Positions 8,326 through 13,400 of a stretch of DNA of 13,400 nt are shown piece after piece (position 1 is the first letter of the stretch; each line of letters opens with the position of its first letter). Below the pieces are notes generated by a model. The model did no database searches. It was not told the origin of the DNA and was given only the letters and a program-made list of their open reading frames with translations. Position numbers and translations under genes: made by a program. Origin of the DNA: an uncultured archaeon (GTDB lineage: Archaea > Hadarchaeota > Hadarchaeia > Hadarchaeales > WYZ-LMO6); NCBI GenBank assembly GCA_938074535.1, contig CALJER010000031.1:1-13400 (forward strand), given 5' to 3'.

Positions 8326-8580
8326 TCATATCAGGGTGATCCCCACCACCTGCACGCTCCCCACCCCCGGAAGGGCCTCCAGGGCCTTTTCCAGGGGCTC
8401 GGTGCCACCGGCGGCGTCCGGGACCGTGGCCACCACCAGGAGGGCTTCAAGCCCGAAGGCTATGGGCTCCCTGGAGATGGAGCCCACCTGCACCAGCTCC
8501 CTTATCCTCCTCTCCAGCTCGCCCAGGTCCACCTCGGTTCCTTCCGGCATCACCCTTATGGTCACGGCCACCCTGCCCAT
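8326..8580 (-). CDS. ef1b: Translation elongation factor 1-beta
   Basis: 84 aa. Motifs MGRVAVTIRVMP, VDL..L, EPIAFGL.AL, GGTE.LE and GVGSVQV. SD-like GAGGTGGTGA upstream. Confidence 0.95.
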   Translation of the reverse strand: MGRVAVTIRVMPEGTEVDLGELERRIRELVQVGSISREPIAFGLEALLVVATVPDAAGGTEPLEKALEALPGVGSVQVVGITLI

Positions 8581-8589
8581 CTCACCACC

Positions 8590-8751
8590 TCAGGGGCCCA
8601 CAAAGCCGCACTTCGAGCACCGGTAGGGGTTGCTCAGCCTCCTGCACCTCCTGCACCTCCAGATCTCCTCCTCCCCGCACTGGGGGCAGGGAAAGCGCAC
8701 CGCCACTTCCGCCACGATGGGCCTGAGGCAGGAGCTGCATACCCTCAGCAT
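8590..8751 (-). CDS. Small double zinc-finger protein (HVO_2753/DUF1610-like), not in the ORF track
   Basis: Read by hand as MLRVCSSCLRPIVAEVAVRFPCPQCGEEEIWRCRRCRRLSNPYRCSKCGFVGP (53 aa). Four CxxC pairs, an F.CP.CG motif and a terminal CGF.GP. Its position directly upstream of EF-1beta is the usual archaeal context. Confidence 0.92.
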   Translation of the reverse strand: MLRVCSSCLRPIVAEVAVRFPCPQCGEEEIWRCRRCRRLSNPYRCSKCGFVGP

Positions 8752-8773
8752 CCTCCCTCTCCCGCACCCAGCC

Positions 8774-8783
8774 TTAAAAAGCT
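8774..8783 (-). promoter_or_regulatory. Putative TATA box for zinc finger-ef1b-B3/4, overlapping the taw2 stop codon
   Basis: AGCTTTTTAA on the minus strand ends 22 nt before the ATG at 8751 and is identical to the element at 41-50. Confidence 0.5.
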
Positions 8784-9619
8784 GCCCCCCCCTCCGGTCC
8801 CACCCTGGCGTCCACCACCACGTGGACCACCCCCGGCGAGTACTTCTTGACCTCCCTCACCCCCAGGATCTCCACCTCCCTGTTCGGGAAGGCCTCCTTC
8901 ACCCTCCTCGCGGGGCGACTGAACCGCAGGGAAGCGGGCACGCTCTCGTGGTAGTGCAGGAAACCGCCCGAGGCCCTCAGGACCCTGCCGGCCAGGGGGA
9001 GGTAGCGGTGGGTCACGTGCAGGATGCCCAGGATCACCCTGTCCGCCACTCCCCTGGGGGCCACCTCCTCGCAGTCCCCCAGCAGGGGCACCACCACTCC
9101 CCCCACCCTGTTCAGCCTCACGTTCTCGCACAGGTAGGCGTGGGCGACGGGATTGAGCTCCACCGCGTAAACCCTGGAGGGCCGGGCGAGCCTGGCGATG
9201 GGGATGGAGAACTGCCCCACCCCGGCGAAGAGGTCCACCACCACCTCCCCCGGCCGCACCAGCCCGGGAAGCCTCCCCCTCTCGTGCAGGTTGCCCGGGG
9301 AGAACATCACCCTGAGGGGGTCGAGCCTGAACAAACAGCCGTGCTCCCGGTGCAGGGTGACCGTGGAGGGGTCCCCGGCCACCACCTCCAGGCTGGGCCT
9401 CCTCTCCCTTCCCTCCATCCCTCCCCTCCTCACGGCCACCGTCCTCACCCCGTTCTTCCCCAGCAGGGCCTCCCCTATTTCCTTCCTCTTTCCCCAGAGC
9501 TCGGGCGGGAGGGAGAGAACGGCCACGTGGCCTATCCTCTGAAACCCGCTGGGAAGCCTGCTCAGCTCCTCCCGGCTCAGCCTCCCCTCCAGGATCCTCC
9601 TGAGGTACCCCCCGCTCAC
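8774..9619 (-). CDS. taw2: Trm5/Tyw2 family SAM-dependent transferase, most like Taw2 (wyosine aminocarboxypropyltransferase for tRNA-Phe)
   Basis: 281 aa. Motifs VMFSPGNLHER, VVVDLFAGVGQFSIP, VYAVELNP, ENVRLN, ADRVILG, HYHE and VKKYSPGVVHVVVD. It lacks the NLP motif typical of Trm5. Confidence 0.8.
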   Translation of the reverse strand: MSGGYLRRILEGRLSREELSRLPSGFQRIGHVAVLSLPPELWGKRKEIGEALLGKNGVRTVAVRRGGMEGRERRPSLEVVAGDPSTVTLHREHGCLFRLDPLRVMFSPGNLHERGRLPGLVRPGEVVVDLFAGVGQFSIPIARLARPSRVYAVELNPVAHAYLCENVRLNRVGGVVVPLLGDCEEVAPRGVADRVILGILHVTHRYLPLAGRVLRASGGFLHYHESVPASLRFSRPARRVKEAFPNREVEILGVREVKKYSPGVVHVVVDARVGPEGGAAF

Positions 9620-11037
9620 TTCTGCCTTCTCCTCTTGGGGCCCAGGCCCAGCTTGGCCAGGAAGCGTCCGGCCACCGCCCTGTCGAGGGCCACCCTGAAG
9701 GACCGGTTCCCTGGGCCGACCCTGGTGAGGTGCTGGAGGGGCACGGAACCTGCCGCCATGCTGGCGTGACCCCCTGCAAAGCCGGGGAAGAGCTCCCTGA
9801 GGATCTGGCCCAGGTGGAGGCTCCTGTCCTTCGTCCTCGCGGAAATCCGCACCGTACCCCCATGCACCCCATACACCAGGGAGTGGGAGATCCCCTCCCT
9901 CTGGAGCAGGAAGTCCGCGATCTGCGGGACGGACTCCGGATCCCCCACCTCCCCCAGGTTCGCCAGGAAGCAGTTACCCACGATCCTGGCCCTCTTCAGG
10001 GCGGAGGCCAGGGAATCGAAGGCATCCCTGGAGAGGAGGGGGGACTGCAGGCTCCTCAGGAGGTCCAGATCGGCCCTCTGCAGGAGCTGCTGGAAGACCT
10101 CCAGGTCCAGGGGGGTGACCCCTCTGGTGAAGTAGAGGGTGTCCGTCACTATCCCCAGCGCCAGGGCGGCGGCCAGCGGCGGATCCACCTCCACACCCCC
10201 GCACCACAGGTACTTGGCCATGAGCGTGGAGGTCGCCCCCGTGATCCTTATGTCCTTGAACTTTCCCTGCACCTCGCTGGCAGGCACCGAGTGATGGTCT
10301 ATCACCACGGTGGGGAAGATCTCCTCGGGAAGGGCGGAGTGGGAGCGCGTGGACACGTCCACCAGGGCGTAGAGGGAATACCTCTCGAGGTCCAGAGCCT
10401 TGAGGTCCAGCAGCTCCAGCTCGAGCAGGTTCCTCATCACCCTGTTCTGGTAGTATCCGCTCACCTCACCCGCACACGCTATGTCCGCCTCCAGTCCGAA
10501 GGCCCTGACGTACCTCTTCAGGGCGGCGGCGCTCGCCAGCGCGTCGGGATCGGGGTTGATCTGCATGACCACCAGCACCCTCCCCCTTCCCCTCCTGGAG
10601 AGGAGGAGCTCCCTCAGCTCCCTTTCCCTCCTGGCGCACTCCAGGTCCTCCAGGAGCGCCAGGAGCCTGTCGGCCGCGAGCTGGGAGAGGGGAAGGACCA
10701 CGTCCGCCCCCATGCCCTTGAAATCCAGCCCGAAGAGCTCGTCGGGGACGAGGGCGAGAACGGGCGGGGAGGGAACCCTCCCCCCACCCTTCACCTTCCT
10801 CAACATCTCCTCGGCCGTGGGAAGGTCCTGGGAAGCCAGGAGCAGGGCATCGGCCCCCTGCAGGACCTGAGGCGGGGCATCGGCGGAGAGGTCCCACACC
10901 TCCACCTTGAAACCCACACCCGAGAGGAGGCCGGCCTGCCGGGAATCGGAGACCACGAAGACCACCTCCTTCCCCAGCTTTTTCAGGCGCTCCGCCGCTT
11001 CCAGCGCCGCATCGCTCACTCCCAGGATCGCGTACAT
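9616..11037 (-). CDS. DHH-family phosphoesterase with an N-terminal TrkA-N/RCK-like domain
   Basis: 473 aa. DHH motifs NPDPDALASA, VD, IDHH, GATST, GIVTDT and DHHA1 motifs SART and GGHASMAAG. The N-terminal ~130 aa is Rossmann-like (YAILG.., GADVVL). Confidence 0.87.
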   Translation of the reverse strand: MYAILGVSDAALEAAERLKKLGKEVVFVVSDSRQAGLLSGVGFKVEVWDLSADAPPQVLQGADALLLASQDLPTAEEMLRKVKGGGRVPSPPVLALVPDELFGLDFKGMGADVVLPLSQLAADRLLALLEDLECARRERELRELLLSRRGRGRVLVVMQINPDPDALASAAALKRYVRAFGLEADIACAGEVSGYYQNRVMRNLLELELLDLKALDLERYSLYALVDVSTRSHSALPEEIFPTVVIDHHSVPASEVQGKFKDIRITGATSTLMAKYLWCGGVEVDPPLAAALALGIVTDTLYFTRGVTPLDLEVFQQLLQRADLDLLRSLQSPLLSRDAFDSLASALKRARIVGNCFLANLGEVGDPESVPQIADFLLQREGISHSLVYGVHGGTVRISARTKDRSLHLGQILRELFPGFAGGHASMAAGSVPLQHLTRVGPGNRSFRVALDRAVAGRFLAKLGLGPKRRRQK

Positions 11038-11041
11038 CTTC

Positions 11042-12247
11042 TCAGGCCCCGAACTTCCTGGATTTTCCCATCAGGTCCGCCAGGATGGGGAGGAGCTCCC
11101 TTCCCCTTATCCTCCCCAGCCCTCCCTTCGCGCACGACCTTTCCCCGAAGCTCTTCACCTCGTCCCTCCGCACCCCAGGACCCACCACCACCACGGGCAC
11201 GGGGTCCGCCGTGTGCTCCCTCACCTCGACGGGGGTGGTGTGGTCGGCCGTGAGGACGAGGAAGTCCGCCAGCCCCCTCAGCAGGGGGAGGTGCTCGTCG
11301 AAGCGCTCTATGAACTCCACCTTCCTCGCCGCCTGACCGTCGTGGCTCACCTCGTCGAAGCCCTTCAGGGAGTAGAGGACCAGGTCGCTTTCCTCCAGCA
11401 TTTTCCTCACCTCCTCGCCCTCCGCCCTCAAATCCGTGTCCACCCCCGTGGTGGAGGTGGGCACCTCGCCCACCCTCATCCCCGCCAGCCTGCAGACCCC
11501 CCTCACCAGGGCGGCGGCTGCCACGCACGCACCCCTCAGGGAGAACTTTTTCTCCAGGGGCTCGAGGGAGGGAACCGTTCCACCCCCCCTCACCAGCAGG
11601 TAGTTGGCGGGGGGGAGGCCCTGCCTCTTCCTCCGGAGGTTGAAGGGGGCCCTTTCCAGGACCTCGTGGGCCCTCTCTATGAACTCGTTGAGCACCCTCG
11701 CCGTTTTGCCACCCCCCGCGCCGAGGGGCCTGATGCCCTCCACCTTCACCCCCGTTCGGTGGGGATCGTTGCTCGAAACCTCGTAGGAGAGGCCCTCGCC
11801 CCTCAGCACCAGAACGGCCCTGTGGGAGGAGGTGCTCCTGAAGAGGATCTCCGCCCCCTTCACCTTTATGCCGCGAAGCAGCTTCTCCAGCTCCCCGCCG
11901 TCGCGCAGGCGCCCCGCCCTCCTGTCCCTCAGGAAGAGGTTCTCGTCCACCGTGGCGAAGTTCACCCTGAAGGCCACGTCACCCTTCCTCAGGGGCAGGC
12001 CGGCCCCCGCCGCCTCGAAGGGTCCCCTGCCGGAGTAGACCTCGAAGGGGTCGTAGCCCAGCAGGGAAAGATGGGCGGTGTCGCTGCCGGGGGCGATGCC
12101 GGGGGCGATGGGGTCCATCATGCCGCATATCCCCTCGGCGGCCAGCTCATCCATGTTGGGGGTCTCGGCCTTCTCCAGAGGGGTCAACCCCCACTCCTTC
12201 AGGGGACGATCCGCCAGCCCGTCGCAGACCACCACAAGGGCCTTCAA
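11042..12247 (-). CDS. apgM: 2,3-bisphosphoglycerate-independent phosphoglycerate mutase, archaeal type
   Basis: Motifs DGLADRP, TPLE.A.TPNMD, PGSDTAHLSLLGYDP, GRGPFEA, FRVN, DRRAGR, KGFDEVSHDG, TADHTTP and HTADPVP. Probable TTG start at 12247 (MKALVVVCDG). The ORF track uses TTG at 12274. Confidence 0.93.
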   Translation of the reverse strand: MKALVVVCDGLADRPLKEWGLTPLEKAETPNMDELAAEGICGMMDPIAPGIAPGSDTAHLSLLGYDPFEVYSGRGPFEAAGAGLPLRKGDVAFRVNFATVDENLFLRDRRAGRLRDGGELEKLLRGIKVKGAEILFRSTSSHRAVLVLRGEGLSYEVSSNDPHRTGVKVEGIRPLGAGGGKTARVLNEFIERAHEVLERAPFNLRRKRQGLPPANYLLVRGGGTVPSLEPLEKKFSLRGACVAAAALVRGVCRLAGMRVGEVPTSTTGVDTDLRAEGEEVRKMLEESDLVLYSLKGFDEVSHDGQAARKVEFIERFDEHLPLLRGLADFLVLTADHTTPVEVREHTADPVPVVVVGPGVRRDEVKSFGERSCAKGGLGRIRGRELLPILADLMGKSRKFGA

Positions 12248-12328
12248 AGCTCTCAGAAAAGAACGGCGGTCCAAGGAATAAAAAGACCGGTGTGAAAGTT
12301 CAAAACGAAGGAAGAAAAGAGGTCTGGA

Positions 12329-12419
12329 GGGCCCGTGGCGCAGCCAGGAAAGCGCGGCAGGCTTCGGATCGGAAGGAGAAGAGACCTGTAGGTCGTGGGT
12401 TCGAATCCCACCGGGCCCG
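12329..12419 (+). tRNA. tRNA-Arg(TCG) with a 16-nt intron at position 37/38 (12368-12383)
   Basis: Acceptor stem GGGCCCG/CGGGCCC, D-stem GCGC/GCGC, anticodon stem GCAGG/CCTGT, and CT-TCG-G at 12362-12367. T-arm GTGGG-TTCGAAT-CCCAC, with A20 and G73. BHB motif: CTTC pairs with intron GAAG, with bulges GGA and AGA. CCA is not encoded. Confidence 0.93.
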
Positions 12420-12442
12420 CCTCAGCCCTCCCAAGCATCACC

Positions 12443-12480
12443 TTTATAAACCCCCTTTTTAAACCCCGAAGTGGAGGTGA
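12443..12480 (+). promoter_or_regulatory. TATA box (TTTATAAA, 12443-12450) and SD (GGAGGTGA, 12473-12480) of the membrane-protein gene
   Basis: Consensus archaeal TATA 22 nt upstream of a full anti-16S SD. A second TTTTTAAA at 12456-12463 may also terminate the upstream tRNA transcript. Confidence 0.65.
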
Positions 12481-12484
12481 AAAC

Positions 12485-12865
12485 CTGAACCGAAAAGCGG
12501 CGGCGATTCTGGGCCTGATAGGCGGGATCCTGGTAACCGCGAGCATCTTCGCCACCTGGTATACTTCGCCCCTGGGAGACACCTCCGGATGGGATCTGAC
12601 CAAGGACCCCTCCGACATGGTGGCACCGTACCTCCTTCTGGGAGCAGGGATAATAATCATCCTGACCTGCCTCGTCCTGCTCGTCAAACCCCAGGAAATC
12701 GTGGAGGCTCTGATGGGCACCTTCAGCGTGCTCGCGGGAGCCTCGGCGGCGGGAGTGATTTTAAACGAGAGTCAGGGGGCGGACCTGGGCTACGGCACAT
12801 ACGTGCTGCTGATAGGCGCCATCCTGGCCCTGATCGCCATGCTGGTGAAGAAGCCCGAGAAGTAA
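12485..12865 (+). CDS. Hypothetical four-TM membrane protein (126 aa), probable CTG start
   Basis: Reads MNRKAAAILGLIGGILVTASIFATWY..SGWD..YLLLGAGIIIILTCLVLLV..GYGTYVLLIGAILALIAMLVKKPEK. Four hydrophobic segments with basic termini. The ORF-track start at 12395 lies inside the tRNA. Confidence 0.8.
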   Translation: MNRKAAAILGLIGGILVTASIFATWYTSPLGDTSGWDLTKDPSDMVAPYLLLGAGIIIILTCLVLLVKPQEIVEALMGTFSVLAGASAAGVILNESQGADLGYGTYVLLIGAILALIAMLVKKPEK

Positions 12866-12873
12866 CCCCCTCC

Positions 12874-12896
12874 TTTATTTTTTCCCTTTTTTATTC
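12874..12896 (+). terminator. T-rich spacer: terminator of the membrane gene and/or TATA-like element for tRNA-Arg(CCG)
   Basis: TTTATTTTTTCCCTTTTTTATTC lies between the stop at 12865 and tRNA G1 at 12902. Confidence 0.5.
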
Positions 12897-12901
12897 TCTC
12901 T

Positions 12902-12975
12902 GGGCCGGTGGTCCAGCCAGGATAAGACACAGGCCTCCGGAGCCTGGAACACGGGTTCGAATCCCGTCCGGCCCG
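12902..12975 (+). tRNA. tRNA-Arg(CCG), no intron
   Basis: Acceptor stem GGGCCGG/CCGGCCC, D-loop AGCCAGGATA, anticodon arm CAGGC-CT-CCG-GA-GCCTG (CCG at 12937-12939), T-arm ACGGG-TTCGAAT-CCCGT, and G73. Followed by a TCTTTTT terminator-like tract. Confidence 0.95.
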
Positions 12976-13022
12976 CATCTTTTTGGGTTCGGGTCTCTTC
13001 AAGCAGGGCAGCCAAACAGTTA

Positions 13023-13400
13023 ATGATGTTCAGGAGCCGGTACTCGGGGTTGCTCCAGGACCCGGACATCAGGCGCTGGTACGAGAACGTCGCCCGGGGG
13101 TCGAAGGTAACGGCCGACGTGTACTTGAGGAGGCTGGGGAGGTTCTGCGAGCAGAGGAGGCTGAGCCCGAGGGGGCTGACATCGATGGGGGGAAGAGGCT
13201 ACGGGACCTCCTCATGGATTTCGTCTCGGATGCCAAGAGGAGGGGGTACGCCGGCAGCTACATCGAGTCAACGCTGAAAGCCCTCAGGTCTTGGCTCGTC
13301 CACAAGGGCAGGAGGTGCGAGGGCAAGATAAAGCTCAAGGGTGCGAGGGACACGCCCACGCTGGCGGAAGAGCGCGTCCCCAGCAGGGAGGAGCTGAGGC
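13023..13400 (+). mobile_element. N-terminal part of an archaeal tyrosine recombinase/integrase-like gene, frameshifted near 13187-13192 and running off the window
   Basis: Frame 0 reads LLQDPDIRRWYENVARGSKVTADVYLRRLGRFCEQRRLSPRGLTSM. The -1 frame continues KRLRDLLMDFVSDAKRRGYAGSYIESTLKALRSWLVHKG..KIKLKGARDTPTLAEERVPSREELR, open to the window end. This fits a core-binding domain plus the 'VP+REEL' entry to the catalytic domain. It starts 47 nt downstream of a tRNA. Catalytic residues are not visible. Confidence 0.75.

Noticed and set aside
8641-8660. 9-bp tandem repeat CCTGCACCT x2
   Set aside because: It simply encodes R-C-R-R-C-R in the zinc finger. Only two copies and no spacers, so it is not a CRISPR array or VNTR.
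8582-8767. Listed 61-aa minus-strand ORF
   Set aside because: Wrong frame. The Cys-rich frame 8590..8751 is the real gene.
7693-12295. Long plus-strand ORFs 7693..8850, 8630..9769, 9730..11253 and 10907..12295
   Set aside because: Shadows of the minus-strand genes, with no recognisable domains or start signals.
12329-12975. Idea that the two tRNA-Arg genes are attL/attR duplicates flanking a mini-island
   Set aside because: Both are complete tRNAs with different anticodons and different stem sequences, so they are not a direct repeat.
12985-12995. GGGTTCGGGTC just after tRNA-Arg(CCG), resembling a T-arm or att remnant
   Set aside because: Only a 7-nt match, with no stem or acceptor sequence following. 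Expected by chance.
12253-13069. ORFs 12253..12720, 12589..13023, 12790..13002 and 12875..13069, and the 12395 start of the membrane ORF
   Set aside because: They overlap tRNA genes. Peptides such as GFEPT, GRDSNP and MGSNP are translations of tRNA T-arms.
1-13400. CRISPR arrays, rRNA, IS elements, inteins, selenocysteine/pyrrolysine read-through
   Set aside because: I saw no regularly spaced repeats, transposase, terminal inverted repeats, oversized proteins or in-frame stops within conserved domains.

Overview
GC-rich archaeal chromosomal window (AGG-dominated Arg codons, GGTGA-type Shine-Dalgarno sites, TATA-like boxes, a BHB tRNA intron), mostly housekeeping. From left to right: (1) a translationally coupled aromatic-biosynthesis operon that uses the archaeal alternative entry route (ADH synthase, DHQ synthase II, aroD, aroE, tyrA); (2) a convergent UPF0282 metallo-beta-lactamase-fold gene; (3) a plus-strand cluster PAC2 / split-arcTGT PUA subunit / NAC / SfsA; (4) a minus-strand run apgM / RCK-DHH phosphoesterase / Taw2 / 53-aa zinc finger (missed by the ORF track) / EF-1beta / divergent stand-alone B3/4 protein; (5) two tRNA-Arg genes (TCG with a 16-nt intron, and CCG) flanking an orphan four-TM gene; (6) directly after tRNA-Arg(CCG), the 5' part of a tyrosine-integrase-like gene broken by a -1 frameshift at a G6 run, probably the left edge of an integrated element that continues beyond the window. 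All family calls come from motif recognition by eye, and no searches were run. I cannot demonstrate a new system here. The best leads are the frameshifted integrase with its island boundary, the degenerate B3/4 protein coupled to EF-1beta, two likely CTG starts, and promoters embedded in coding sequence.
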